Below are positions 10,501 to 19,395 of a stretch of DNA of 48,373 nt, one piece after another (positions within the stretch are counted from its first letter, which is position 1; every line of letters begins with the position of its first letter). The stretch is from the NCBI GenBank assembly GCA_947380175.1, contig CANCPZ010000001.1:1-48373 (forward strand). The letters run 5' to 3'. A program made the translations under genes and the position numbers. Origin of the DNA: Bacteroidota bacterium (lineage in GTDB: Bacteria > Bacteroidota > Bacteroidia > 2-12-FULL-35-15). The notes beneath the pieces were generated by a model. It was not told the DNA's origin, made no database searches, and saw only the letters and a program-made list of their open reading frames with translations.

Positions 10501-11013
10501 ATAGATTTATTAAAATACACTGACAAGTTGCAATTTCCTTTGTTAAATATAACAAAAGGTGTGTCGCTTGAGCGGATTGATTTTAATAGAACTACACAAG
10601 ATTTTACCAATTGGCATTCGGCAGCTGAAGATGTTGGCTTTGCAACACCTGGATACAAAAACTCGCAATTTAATGATGCAGGTGAAACAACAATTGACAA
10701 TGCCATTGAAATTACTCCAGAAATATTTTCTCCTGATGAAGATGGAATAAACGATGTTACTAACATTAACTACAATTTTGAAACACCTGGATTTATAGCC
10801 AACATAACTATATACGATAGTAAAGGTCGCGTAGTAAAATACCTTGTGCGTAACGAATTATTAGGAATAAAAGGCACGTATAGTTGGGATGGGATTAACG
10901 AAGAACGAGAAAAATCACGTATCGGAATTTATATTGTGTATGTTGAAGTATATAATTTATCAGGCAAAGTAAAACATTATAAAAAGAGCTGTGTGTTGGG
11001 TGGCAAACTATAA
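7585..11013 (+). CDS. Secreted protein with three lamin-tail domains (LTD) and Ig-like spacers, ending in a FlgD-Ig / T9SS-CTD-like domain
   Basis: The signal peptide is MRFNYLFLLFIASFANAQ. There are three LTD signatures: VIINEIYADLNP...FIELYNKS...LSGWKISD, VVINEIMADPDP...YVELYNKT...LNNWSYS and IVINELLYDPKAGGVDFVEIYNRS. The C-terminus reads FSPDEDGINDV...ITIYDSKGRVV...WDG...GIYIVYVEV. Confidence 0.85.
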   Translation: MRFNYLFLLFIASFANAQVSDNFTDNDFTANPIWSGDDSVYTIVSNQLRSNKTLTNSTFYLSTPSMLANNCQWEFLVNLKFATSGANYVDVYLTSDQADLKASNLNGYFVRIGGTSDNISLFKKTAGTSLALITGTASTLTSSSNNIIKVKVTRSASNIFTLSREFTTSTLIGNYTTEGTITDATFTTSSNFGISVTQSTASFFQKHYFDDFYVGPIITDVTAPSIVSSTVISNTQVDVLFDENVDQTSSQTLTNYNGNNGLGNPIMATRDASNFGLVHLTFATSFANGLSNTVTVTNVQDLNANAIISTTTIFTYVLPAVATFKDVIINEIYADLNPLVGLPASQFIELYNKSANTYNLSGWKISDASGSSSAVIGNYFLAPNQYLIVCKAIDTAIFAGFGNHTGTSSFPTLNVTSDNLKLFNNALVAIDSVNYSDSWYQDPTKKSGGWSLELINPNSSFNCVQASNWIASNNLAGGTPGTQNSVYATQIDNIAPAISSVSAIDATHITVCFSEAISASQITLVSNYNINNGIGIPISVTANTSLTCIDLTLGSALTSSTIYTISLNNIADCSGNTLSTSSTTFTYYTVKAFDVVINEIMADPDPIVGLPAFEYVELYNKTAFPINLNNWSYSAGSTTKVITNAVIQAHGYLVLTSATAAASVNYPAGINFTTFSSFTLTNSGQTLILKTPQGALISSVTYSDQWYQDVTKKNGGWSLEQIDPTNPCAGMMNWLASNNGNGGTPGTINSVNAANQDHTPPQVTRVNVITPDSIQLYFNEPIDSTTMLIPAIYTIDNSIGVPTNVQAIAPDFMSVKLALATNLQTGTYYTITVNNALTDCVGNAIGLNNTARFALPETASANDIVINELLYDPKAGGVDFVEIYNRSNKVIDLKTMTLSQYDTVTNLLQSVQNISENGYLIFPKEYLVLSTDGNIIKSQYNTTNQNAFLDMASLPSMNISGGTVCLASGITIIDLLKYTDKLQFPLLNITKGVSLERIDFNRTTQDFTNWHSAAEDVGFATPGYKNSQFNDAGETTIDNAIEITPEIFSPDEDGINDVTNINYNFETPGFIANITIYDSKGRVVKYLVRNELLGIKGTYSWDGINEEREKSRIGIYIVYVEVYNLSGKVKHYKKSCVLGGKL
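8233..10680 (+). repeat. Three in-frame ~800-bp units, each an Ig-like module plus a lamin-tail domain
   Basis: The units start near 8233 (TAPSIVSSTVIS), 9055 (IAPAISSVSAID) and 9851 (TPPQVTRVNVIT). The LTD cores start near 8553, 9361 and 10169. The units are divergent at DNA level and are recognisable at protein level. Confidence 0.75.
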
Positions 11014-11090
11014 CACAAGATTAAATTAGGAATTGAATTTTATTTTAAACTATTTTTACTCTATCGGTAAAAGTAATAATGTAAAAATTA

Positions 11091-11591
11091 TTATTTCAGA
11101 GATTTTTCGAATAACGTATTTAAAGAATGAGGCATTTGTATTTCACCAACCTTAACAAATCCTTGGCTTTCGTAATATTTGCAAAGTTTTTTATTTAAAG
11201 CATTACAGTCGAGACGCAAAGTATAAATACCCTTTTTAATACTATTTTTAATTATTTGATCAATGACTTTTTTACCAATCTGGCTTCCCGAAAATTCTTC
11301 TTTAATAACGAGAGAGTGAATGTAATTAGCCTCGTCTTTCTGCTCACCCCAGTATAATAGGTCTTTATAGGAAAGGCGAAACATTCCAATTGTTGTATGC
11401 TTACTTTCTATAAAGAAAAATTCATTATTAGAGAGACCTTCCTCAATCCACTTTATTTTGTCTTCATTCGGATTAAGCCAAAAACCCCATTGATTAACAT
11501 TGTTATTTTGTAACCTTAATGCAGCAGATTTTAATAAAAGAAAAATGTGTTGTAATTCCGATTGTTGTGCTTGTTTAAAAATCAAATCCAT
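11091..11591 (-). CDS. GNAT-family N-acetyltransferase
   Basis: It is 166 aa and has a motif-A-like acetyl-CoA binding segment (VIKEEFSGSQIGKKVIDQII) followed by the YYESQGF ending typical of the GNAT fold. Confidence 0.75.
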   Translation of the reverse strand: MDLIFKQAQQSELQHIFLLLKSAALRLQNNNVNQWGFWLNPNEDKIKWIEEGLSNNEFFFIESKHTTIGMFRLSYKDLLYWGEQKDEANYIHSLVIKEEFSGSQIGKKVIDQIIKNSIKKGIYTLRLDCNALNKKLCKYYESQGFVKVGEIQMPHSLNTLFEKSLK

Positions 11592-11620
11592 CGTATTCTA
11601 ATAAAAACTTCGATATAAAA

Positions 11621-12454
11621 TTATAATTCTAAATGTTTTGATTTAACTGCTTTTCCATAAAAAAAACTTGCTGCTTTATCAAAGTTTTCGGAAGAATCGG
11701 TTGTGTAAAATTCGACCACTCCTCCTTTACTACATTTTTGTTCGAGTTCAATATGCTGCTCTAAATATTTGCATAAGCTATCAGCAACAATTTCTCCTTG
11801 CGAAAGAATAGTAATTGATGGTGGCAAATATTTTTTTATTTTATTGATTAACAAAGGATAGTGTGTGCATCCAAGTATAATTGTATCTATTTCTTTGTCT
11901 TGTTTTAATAATAGGCCTAAATATTTTTGAATAAAATAATCGGCTCCGTCACTTTCAATTTCATTATTTTCTACTAATGAAACCCACATAGGACAAGCCT
12001 CTTGATGTACAATCATTTTAGGATAAAATTTTTTAATTTCAATTGGATACGAATTAGAAGCCACAGTCCCTGTAGTTCCTAACACCCCAATATGCCCTGT
12101 TTTACTATACGCTCCAACAATTTCTGTAGTAGGTCTTATTACGCCTAACACTCGTTTATTTGTATCGATTAAGGGCAAATCTTTTTGTTGGATATTTCTC
12201 AACGCTTTAGCTGAAGCCGTATTACAAGCTAATATAACAAGCTCGCATCCCATCGAAAATAATTGCTGAACACACTCTAACGTATAATCATAAACAGTTT
12301 CAAAAGAGCGAGTGCCATAAGGAGAACGAGCATTATCACCCAAATACAAATAATCGTATTGAGGTAAAACAGTAACTATTTCTTTTAAAACAGTTAGTCC
12401 GCCATAACCCGAATCAAATACACCAATTGGTTTTTTTATTTTATTTGCCACCAT
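11621..12454 (-). CDS. murI: Glutamate racemase
   Basis: The motifs are VFDSGYGGLTV and the catalytic Cys motifs LACNTASA and LGCTHYPL. The ORF was trimmed to the ATG at 12454 (MVANKIKKPIGVFDSG), because the 8 upstream codons are not MurI-like. Confidence 0.92.
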   Translation of the reverse strand: MVANKIKKPIGVFDSGYGGLTVLKEIVTVLPQYDYLYLGDNARSPYGTRSFETVYDYTLECVQQLFSMGCELVILACNTASAKALRNIQQKDLPLIDTNKRVLGVIRPTTEIVGAYSKTGHIGVLGTTGTVASNSYPIEIKKFYPKMIVHQEACPMWVSLVENNEIESDGADYFIQKYLGLLLKQDKEIDTIILGCTHYPLLINKIKKYLPPSITILSQGEIVADSLCKYLEQHIELEQKCSKGGVVEFYTTDSSENFDKAASFFYGKAVKSKHLEL

Positions 12455-12478
12455 TTTAAAATTTAATACAATAAACAA

Positions 12479-14053
12479 TTAATTTTCTAAATCATCTTTT
12501 TTGTGTGCAAACAAAAAAAAGGAATTAAAAAAAACGTAAAAGGTAATTCCAGCTTGTGTTTCAAGAGCATCTTCTGTAAAAAAAGAAACAATCGTAATTA
12601 TTAAAAAAGTAATATATAAATAATCGAATGTCATATTTAATTTTATCATCGGATAAATTAAACTAAACATAAACCAAATTAATCCAATTAATCCAAACGA
12701 CACAGCGATAGATAAAAATTGGTTGTGCGAACGAAATCTTAAATCCTTCGATAAAAGAGAATTCGTTTTTTCATATTCATCATCAAAGGCGTGTTGTATA
12801 TCACCAGTTCCAACTCCTATTAAAGGATTTTTTTTAATGATTTGCATCGCCGTTTTCCAGTATTCAAATCGTTGTGTAATCGAGTGTCCGTTTGGGTCTC
12901 CCGTTTTTTTGTACAAATCTATTTCCCATAATATTTCATGAATACGACCTCTTAGTCCCGACATCTTTTGATACAACACATTAGGGACGCCACGCTCAAT
13001 AGATTTAATTTCCAAATCACTTAATTTACTCATTCCATCAGCATCTTTTCGCAACCCTTTTGATGCCAAAAACCTTACCAAGGTATATCGAACCAAATTT
13101 CCTTTTAAGTCGTTACCTGCAAGTGGAATAGTACTCCTTTTAGTCCATGAACATTCTAGTTCTTCCCAACAAACATTTACCCATACCAAGTGTCCATTTT
13201 CGGTTAGTGTACTATTTAATTCGTTTTCGTATCTATGCCCATAAGGCGTTTTAGACGGCAATTTCGAAAAGTCAATAACTTCTTTTTTATTTATTTCGTT
13301 TTGAATAGATGCAACATAAAAATACACGAAACCTATCGAACTTAATAAAATCAATATTCCTATAATTTTTAGAATCTTATTTGGAGATTTAAAAACAAAA
13401 TAAATTAGTAAAATTATAAGAACAAAAAACAGTATGGAAAACCCAGTTATGGATTCCATTAAAAACAAAAAAAACAAGAGCCAACCTATAAGTATTATCC
13501 ATAAGTTTTTTGTTAGTTTATTTTCGCTATTGTATAAAAAATAAGTGGAAATAAAAACCGCAACATCTACAAGCAGTCCGAAAATAATATGTGAAATAAA
13601 AATTGAACTATTTCGAATGTCAACTATTTGACGGTACGTAAACCCCAATAAAATAAATGTACTAATAATTGTAGCAAGAACAATTGCTACTAAAAACAAT
13701 TTTAAGATTAGTAAATAATTTTTTTTAGAAAGAGGCTGGCTTGTTGAAATAATAATTGGAATAATAAATAAAGGAGATTTTATTCGTATGTCTTTTAGTG
13801 CATACGCAAAATCAGTTGTGTATAAAAATCCTAAAAAATGCAAAAGCAATACGGAGCTTAAAATTAATGCTGGTTTGTTTTTCGAAAAACTACTAATTTT
13901 ATTTTTCACATTCCCTTCTAAAAACCAATTACACGCTAAAATTATTTGAGATACACTCATCAAAAATTTAGATAACGGCAAGCCAACGACTAAAACAATT
14001 AGTGCGAAAATATAAATGTAGGTGTGAATTTTTTGAGGAAGTGCTGATTTCAT
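12479..14053 (-). CDS. O-antigen ligase-like (Wzy_C family) polytopic membrane protein
   Basis: It has at least 10 TM helices and a roughly 190-aa hydrophilic loop. The Wzy_C-type segment is GVGTGDIQHAF...FRSHNQFLSIAVSFGLIGLIWF. Confidence 0.65.
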   Translation of the reverse strand: MKSALPQKIHTYIYIFALIVLVVGLPLSKFLMSVSQIILACNWFLEGNVKNKISSFSKNKPALILSSVLLLHFLGFLYTTDFAYALKDIRIKSPLFIIPIIISTSQPLSKKNYLLILKLFLVAIVLATIISTFILLGFTYRQIVDIRNSSIFISHIIFGLLVDVAVFISTYFLYNSENKLTKNLWIILIGWLLFFLFLMESITGFSILFFVLIILLIYFVFKSPNKILKIIGILILLSSIGFVYFYVASIQNEINKKEVIDFSKLPSKTPYGHRYENELNSTLTENGHLVWVNVCWEELECSWTKRSTIPLAGNDLKGNLVRYTLVRFLASKGLRKDADGMSKLSDLEIKSIERGVPNVLYQKMSGLRGRIHEILWEIDLYKKTGDPNGHSITQRFEYWKTAMQIIKKNPLIGVGTGDIQHAFDDEYEKTNSLLSKDLRFRSHNQFLSIAVSFGLIGLIWFMFSLIYPMIKLNMTFDYLYITFLIITIVSFFTEDALETQAGITFYVFFNSFFLFAHKKDDLEN

Positions 14054-14104
14054 TTTGTTTTTGAAAACGTATTACTCCATATAATATTGTCTGAAATTAA
14101 ATAA

Positions 14105-14137
14105 AAAAGGGTTCCAATTTTCGATTGAAACCCTTTT
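14105..14137 (-). terminator. Possible terminator after the S41 peptidase gene
   Basis: The 9-bp stem AAAAGGGTT/AACCCTTTT has 3 G:C pairs and a 15-nt loop. On the minus strand it is followed by TTTTTTATTTAATTT. It lies 23 nt downstream of the stop at 14160. Confidence 0.4.
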
Positions 14138-14159
14138 AAAATATTTTTATCGGTAATGC

Positions 14160-15902
14160 TTAATTTTTTTTGCCATTCGTCGAATTATTTAAATCACTTA
14201 ATTTAGTTTTGTCAACATTATGCATTGGTTTTTCGGATTTTACAATAGTAGTTAAAATATTCTTATATCTATTACCATCATTCAAAACAGCTAATGCCTC
14301 TTTTAGTTCATTGTCGTCTTTAAACGAAGATTCCAAACGACCATTTTGAAAATAATATCTCGAAACAATTTCTTCCTCTAAAAATTGTTTTATCTCTGGC
14401 TTAAAAGTCAATAAATCTGCTTTTTTATTGTGCGTTATTTTAGCTTGCAATGCATCAATGTCTGCCATGATTGCATCAGTTGATTTATCCAATTTAGCAT
14501 CGCTTTTTAAATCAATCAAGGCTTTTTCAGACTTAGTAACATAATCGTAATCTTTACCTACTAAAAATGTTACAAAGTCATCGTATTCAGCATCTGACAA
14601 TTTAAAATCTTTAGCCGAACTAATTGCTGGATGCACAACACGATATTTTGTTGCAAAATCAAAGATTAAATTTTTAATCATTAAACTTGTTAAAATGCTA
14701 CTAAACTTTTGTTGTTCGATAGTAATATCCGGAGCCACACCTCCACCATCATAAACAATGCGGCCATTTTTAGTTTTAAAAGCGGTAATTAAAGAATCAG
14801 GAACTTTATCTACACTGCCATCTTCATTTCGATGAGAGTAATCGAGTGCTTGAATACATCTTCCACTTGGAATATAATATTTTGCTACCGTAACTTTTAA
14901 TTGTGCATTATAGCTCAAAGGTCGTGTTTGTTGCACCAATCCTTTTCCATACGAACGTTGTCCAATTACTACACCTCTGTCTAAATCCTGAATAGAACCT
15001 GAAACTATTTCAGAAGCAGATGCCGAACCCCTGTCAATTAAAACAGCAATTGGAATAGCTATGTCTACAGGCGTGTTCGTAGCCAAATGTATTTTATCCC
15101 AATCCTTAACCTTACCCCTTGTGCTTACCACTTCGGTTCCTTTGGCTTCAAAAATATTTACAATATCAATCGCTTCTCTCAGCAACCCTCCAGGGTTTCC
15201 ACGTAAATCAAAAACCAATGATTTAAATTCAGGATTTTTTTTCAATTCTAACAATGCATTTTTAACTTCGGCTGCCGCATTTTCGGTAAAGCCCGTAAGT
15301 TTTATATAACCAATGTTATCGCTAATCATTCCCGAATAGGAAACACTATTTATTTTTATTTCTTCCCGATTAATTATTTTTTCAATTGGCTTTTTTTCAC
15401 CTTCACGTTCAATTAATAATTTTACAACAGTACTAGCTTGACCTTTTAATATTTTACTGATGTCGTCTGTTTTTTTTCCTTTCGCATCAACATCATTAAA
15501 TTTTAAAATTTTATCCCCAGCGCGTAAATCCGCTTTTTGAGCGGGAAAGCCTTCATATGGTTCTGATATTACTACATAATCTCCTTGTTGACGAATAAGA
15601 GCACCAATACCTCCATACTGACCTGTTGTCATATAGCGGTAATCTTCAATCTCTGATTCAGGAATATAATTCGTATAGGGATCTAATGATTCTAACATAT
15701 CATCAATTCCTTTTTTCATCAATTCTCCAGGATTTGTTTCGTCAACATAATAAATATTTAATTCACGAAACAGCGTAGCGAAAATGTCGAGATTTTTAGA
15801 TACTTCAAAATAATTATCTACAAAACTATAGGAAATAAATGCATAGCCAACGATTAACCCTGCAATAATAAATAGTTTAAACTTTTTTAGAATTGGTTTC
15901 AT
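14160..15902 (-). CDS. S41-family carboxy-terminal processing peptidase with PDZ domain
   Basis: It has an N-terminal anchor, a PDZ segment (AGDKILKFNDVD), the tail-specific protease core FDLRGNPGGLL, the catalytic Ser region DRGSASASEIV and YGKGLVQ. The protein is 580 aa with a C-terminal extension. Confidence 0.88.
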   Translation of the reverse strand: MKPILKKFKLFIIAGLIVGYAFISYSFVDNYFEVSKNLDIFATLFRELNIYYVDETNPGELMKKGIDDMLESLDPYTNYIPESEIEDYRYMTTGQYGGIGALIRQQGDYVVISEPYEGFPAQKADLRAGDKILKFNDVDAKGKKTDDISKILKGQASTVVKLLIEREGEKKPIEKIINREEIKINSVSYSGMISDNIGYIKLTGFTENAAAEVKNALLELKKNPEFKSLVFDLRGNPGGLLREAIDIVNIFEAKGTEVVSTRGKVKDWDKIHLATNTPVDIAIPIAVLIDRGSASASEIVSGSIQDLDRGVVIGQRSYGKGLVQQTRPLSYNAQLKVTVAKYYIPSGRCIQALDYSHRNEDGSVDKVPDSLITAFKTKNGRIVYDGGGVAPDITIEQQKFSSILTSLMIKNLIFDFATKYRVVHPAISSAKDFKLSDAEYDDFVTFLVGKDYDYVTKSEKALIDLKSDAKLDKSTDAIMADIDALQAKITHNKKADLLTFKPEIKQFLEEEIVSRYYFQNGRLESSFKDDNELKEALAVLNDGNRYKNILTTIVKSEKPMHNVDKTKLSDLNNSTNGKKN

Positions 15903-15925
15903 GTTTTAAAAATTACAAATCATAA

Positions 15926-15933
15926 CAAATCTA
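15926..15933 (-). promoter_or_regulatory. Candidate -7 promoter element TAGATTTG upstream of the S41 peptidase
   Basis: The minus strand reads TAGATTTG, ending 23 nt before the ATG at 15902. No clear -33 element was found. Confidence 0.3.
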
Positions 15934-16034
15934 CGAATGATAAATGTTATAAAAAATTGAATTGTTAATTTACTTTATTATAAAATGTTAAGTGATTCAT
16001 TTATGAAAATCGCGAAAAAAATTTGATTTGTTGA

Positions 16035-16265
16035 TTATGGAACCGGATCGTGTCCATGACTACCCCATGGATGACATTTTGAAATTCGTTTAATGGTTAA
16101 ATAACCTCCTTTTATAGCACCGTGTTTTTTAAGTGCTTCAATGCCATAGTGCGAACATGAAGGTTCAAACCTACATGATGGGCTAAGTAAAGGCGATATA
16201 GTATATTGATAAACCTTTATTAAACCGATAAAAAAAAAGGCAACTATTTTCGATAAAATATTCAC
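16035..16265 (-). CDS. yidD: Membrane protein insertion efficiency factor YidD
   Basis: It is 76 aa and carries the signature [10 protein letters not shown]...[12 protein letters not shown]. The GTG start lies 2 nt after the rnpA stop. Confidence 0.9.
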   Translation of the reverse strand: MNILSKIVAFFFIGLIKVYQYTISPLLSPSCRFEPSCSHYGIEALKKHGAIKGGYLTIKRISKCHPWGSHGHDPVP

Positions 16266-16267
16266 TT

Positions 16268-16639
16268 TTAATTATTAGTTTCTAAACTTAAACGTTGTAC
16301 CATCAAAATAATTTTTTTTTCTAACTCGTTATACTCAACCATATTTTTAGACGTATAGATTAACATCAGTAAAATTTTTTTATCGGTCAAATTTGTATAA
16401 AGCAGCTTTTTGTTTTTGCGATACCCTTCTCTTATTCTTCTTTTTATCTTGTTTCTATCTACCGCTTTTTTAAAAGACCTTTTTGGAACACTTATTACAA
16501 CACTAACTGGTGAAATTCTTTCAGCAGCTTCAATCCAAATTACTTTAAAAGGAAAAGAGTTAAATGATTTTCCTGTTTCGAAAAGTTTATCAATTAAATT
16601 TTTACTGCATAAACGTTCCGTTTTTTTAAAAGTTTGCAT
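16268..16639 (-). CDS. rnpA: Ribonuclease P protein component
   Basis: It is a 123-aa basic protein with the RNR-type motif [18 protein letters not shown]. It lies immediately upstream of yidD. Confidence 0.88.
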   Translation of the reverse strand: MQTFKKTERLCSKNLIDKLFETGKSFNSFPFKVIWIEAAERISPVSVVISVPKRSFKKAVDRNKIKRRIREGYRKNKKLLYTNLTDKKILLMLIYTSKNMVEYNELEKKIILMVQRLSLETNN

Positions 16640-16729
16640 TGCAAGAAAAAAGTATCATTAATAAATTTTGAGAATAATTAATATGTGCCGAATGCACTAA
16701 TAAATTTACAAATGGCAAATAACGGTTAT

Positions 16730-17482
16730 TTATTTTGCAGCTTTGTTTGCGGCAACAATGTACTGCTCTAAAGCCATTGTCATTGAAGGAGCTTTAATGT
16801 TCGGTGCATGAACATCAAGCTTTAGTCCTGCTTCTTTCACAGCCAATGCAGTAGTAGAACCAAAACAAGCAATACGTGTTTTGTTTTGCTTAAATTTTGG
16901 GAAATTTTTGAATAATGATTTTATTCCTGATGGACTAAAAAACACAAGCATATCGTAATTTACATTTGCTAAATCACTTAAGTCGCTAGCAACAGTTCTG
17001 AACATAACCGCTTTTGTATATTTTATTTTTTGTTCATCAAGCTTGTCTGCCACCTCTTCCTTTGCAATATCAGAACAAGGCAGTAAAAAATTTTCAGTTT
17101 TATGTTTTTTTATTACATCCATTAATTCCAAAACAGTTTGCTTGCCGTGAAATATTTTACGTTTGCGATACAAAACATATTTTTGAAGATAATATGCAGT
17201 AGATTCTGAAACACAAAAATATTTCATTGATTCGGGAACAGTAACACGCATTTCGGTACACATACGAAAGTAATGATCTACGGCATTTCTGCTTGTCATT
17301 ATAACGGCTGTGTGATCTAGAATATTTATTTTATCCTTTCTGAAATCCTGACCAGAAACACCTTCAATTTGAATAAATGGACGGAAATCAATTTTAACAT
17401 TGCACTTTTTTGCAAGGTCAAAATAAGGCGACTTGTCACCTTCAGGCTTTGGTTGAGAAACCAATATTGTTTTTACTTTCAA
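16730..17482 (-). CDS. hemD: Uroporphyrinogen-III synthase (HemD family)
   Basis: It is 250 aa with the N-terminus (M)KVKTILVSQPKPEGDKSPYFDLAKK and the two-lobed HEM4 layout typical of Bacteroidota HemD. The start codon is TTG. Confidence 0.8.
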   Translation of the reverse strand: MKVKTILVSQPKPEGDKSPYFDLAKKCNVKIDFRPFIQIEGVSGQDFRKDKINILDHTAVIMTSRNAVDHYFRMCTEMRVTVPESMKYFCVSESTAYYLQKYVLYRKRKIFHGKQTVLELMDVIKKHKTENFLLPCSDIAKEEVADKLDEQKIKYTKAVMFRTVASDLSDLANVNYDMLVFFSPSGIKSLFKNFPKFKQNKTRIACFGSTTALAVKEAGLKLDVHAPNIKAPSMTMALEQYIVAANKAAK

Positions 17483-17533
17483 TTTTGTTGAGCTTAGTTA
17501 AACAATAACAAAAATTAAGCGACTGCTACTTAA

Positions 17534-18352
17534 TTATTTAATTTCTAGCATAATTATTTTTACCATTATAACAATGGGAAATATTTCAAGCGTGCAAAGA
17601 TACATAAATAAATAGAATTTAGAAGCCCTTAAAGTGTTTAACCCAATAATAAATCCTCGAATAAAACGCATCAATAAAAAATATAAAATAATGACATATC
17701 CGGAATAAATAAAAACGAGTGGATTTATCTGTTTTGCAAATGCTAAACAAACAACTATAGGAAACATAAATAGCCCCAAGGTATTGACAAATAAAAATAT
17801 TGTTATAATATACTCACTGGCAGGTTTTGGTGTTTGAAAAATATATCCTAATATTTTAATGCTAATTAATTTCAAGCTATATCCCAAAATAATTAAGAGT
17901 GATGTAACAACAAAATAATTAAAATTACCTGTTGTTAAACTAAACCCATAATAATTTATTAATTGGCCAATAAATATTGATAACGTAAATACAGATAGAA
18001 CAGATAAAAAAACTGAAACGCCATTCCCTAAAGACAAGCCATCTCTTGAAAATTGACTTGTATTGAGATAAAAGCTTTTGATTACTTGCGAAAGCCGTTT
18101 TCGATTTTTCACATATAATCTTACAAAAAGAGCAAACGAAATAAATAAAATACCAGCAACTAAAAAATCATATTTGGTATAATGAATTTTAGATTCGGAA
18201 TTTTTTACTTCTAATAAATGGTTTTCAAACAATGATTTTTGTGCTTGCTCGGGTAATACAATCTTTTGGACACTTTTTTGAAGCACCTTTACTACAGGTG
18301 TTTTAACGCTATCTGTAATTTTGTTTTGTTTGTTATTTTTTGTTTGCGACAT
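17534..18352 (-). CDS. Polytopic membrane protein (DUF4271-like), the usual partner of hemD in Bacteroidota
   Basis: It is 272 aa with a hydrophilic N-terminus followed by about 6 TM helices. It is co-directional with hemD across a 51-nt gap. The family call is from memory of the hemD/DUF4271 synteny. Confidence 0.6.
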   Translation of the reverse strand: MSQTKNNKQNKITDSVKTPVVKVLQKSVQKIVLPEQAQKSLFENHLLEVKNSESKIHYTKYDFLVAGILFISFALFVRLYVKNRKRLSQVIKSFYLNTSQFSRDGLSLGNGVSVFLSVLSVFTLSIFIGQLINYYGFSLTTGNFNYFVVTSLLIILGYSLKLISIKILGYIFQTPKPASEYIITIFLFVNTLGLFMFPIVVCLAFAKQINPLVFIYSGYVIILYFLLMRFIRGFIIGLNTLRASKFYLFMYLCTLEIFPIVIMVKIIMLEIK

Positions 18353-18376
18353 TCGGCTGCAATTTAGCGAATAAAT

Positions 18377-18408
18377 AAAAAGCCGAAGAAATTAATCTTC
18401 GGCTTTTT
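18377..18408 (-). terminator. Rho-independent terminator after the beta-barrel gene
   Basis: The hairpin AAAAAGCCGAAGA-loop-TCTTCGGCTTTTT has an 8-bp GC-containing core plus a 5-bp A:T extension. T-runs follow on both strands. It lies 18 nt downstream of the stop at 18426. Confidence 0.75.
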
Positions 18409-18425
18409 ATTTTATTATTAATTTT

Positions 18426-19391
18426 TTAATGTTTTGGTTTACCAACATTAAACACCCTTGAAACATTGAATCCAAATTTAAAGCCTCCCTTTAACCAGCT
18501 ATCAGTGGTTCTTGGCAGATAACTATTTTCAATAATTCCTGATGCATTGCTAAAGTTCAAGTGAAATACATGTCCTCCTGTTTCAATCTCAAAGCCAATA
18601 GCTAATGGATTATAAAACGGAGTAGAGGAATTGCCCTGACGATATTTAGAAAAAGTATAATAGTAATCAGCTACAATTGCAAAGCGTTTTGTAATTTTAA
18701 CTCTAAAACCTCCACCAACAGACATTAAATCATTGGTTTCTTCAGCTCCATTATCAGGATTAATATTTGCCAATACAAAATTACGATGCTGGTAAGTTGG
18801 CAACAACTCTACCGATAATCGCGAACCGAATTTGCGTGCAATAATTAATTGGCTTGTATAAGAAAGTCGATGAAAATCTTTTTGTTTAAAGCCTGATACT
18901 TCCACCATTCCATTATAAAACTGGCTAGCAGATTGAGGATTATAACTCATATCACCAAAGAATGCTAATGAAAACGGAATATGATTGTCGGTGGTTTGAG
19001 TTAAAATACGGTATTTTACCATCCCATCAATTAATTCGGACTGTTTACTACGTCCTATACCAATAGTTAAATCATTGGTAATACCAAAATCGAATGCAAA
19101 ACGCACATCCGACACATTGTCTAATCCATAAAGTGTATGACCACCTCCATTACTTTGTACACCAATATTTCCAAAAAGATGGGTAATACTAAAATCGACC
19201 GTTTTTGCTTTTACAGTTTCGGTGGTTTGGGTATTGATAATTTTAGAACCTTTAAAGGTTGCAAACACCTTATCGTGTGTTTTTGGCGTGTTTTCATCTG
19301 CTAAACTTAACATATCGTCTTGAGCAAATACGCCAAAACCAGAAATTGCTAAAGTTGTTAGTAAAAGTGCCTTTTTATAAGTTGTTATCAT
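18426..19391 (-). CDS. Outer-membrane beta-barrel protein (DUF5777-like)
   Basis: The signal peptide is LLLTTLAISGFGVFAQ. The sequence has alternating amphipathic beta-strands and an aromatic C-terminal strand region (FKFGFNVSRVF). The gene is 4 nt downstream of YceI. Confidence 0.65.
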   Translation of the reverse strand: MITTYKKALLLTTLAISGFGVFAQDDMLSLADENTPKTHDKVFATFKGSKIINTQTTETVKAKTVDFSITHLFGNIGVQSNGGGHTLYGLDNVSDVRFAFDFGITNDLTIGIGRSKQSELIDGMVKYRILTQTTDNHIPFSLAFFGDMSYNPQSASQFYNGMVEVSGFKQKDFHRLSYTSQLIIARKFGSRLSVELLPTYQHRNFVLANINPDNGAEETNDLMSVGGGFRVKITKRFAIVADYYYTFSKYRQGNSSTPFYNPLAIGFEIETGGHVFHLNFSNASGIIENSYLPRTTDSWLKGGFKFGFNVSRVFNVGKPKH

Positions 19392-19395
19392 AATT

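Noticed and set aside
10068-10766. ORFs antisense or in an alternate frame in the LTD gene (10068..10325, 10398..10766, 10559..10750)
   Set aside because: They are embedded in the third LTD unit of a continuous 1142-codon ORF, and their products have no recognisable features.
11014-11090. Possible bidirectional terminator between the convergent LTD and GNAT genes (AT-only 7-bp stem TAATAAT/ATTATTA near 11070-11090)
   Set aside because: The stem is all A:T and short, so it is indistinguishable from background in this AT-rich spacer.
12455-12478. Eight extra codons at the murI 5' end (MFIVLNFK)
   Set aside because: The conserved MurI N-terminus begins at the next ATG. The longer form would abut the upstream stop codon with no room for a ribosome-binding region.
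12723-17202. Antisense ORFs 12723..12941, 15061..15309, 16410..16661 and 17014..17202
   Set aside because: They lie opposite the Wzy_C-like, S41 peptidase, rnpA and hemD genes. They have no motifs and their composition is typical of reverse-frame translation.
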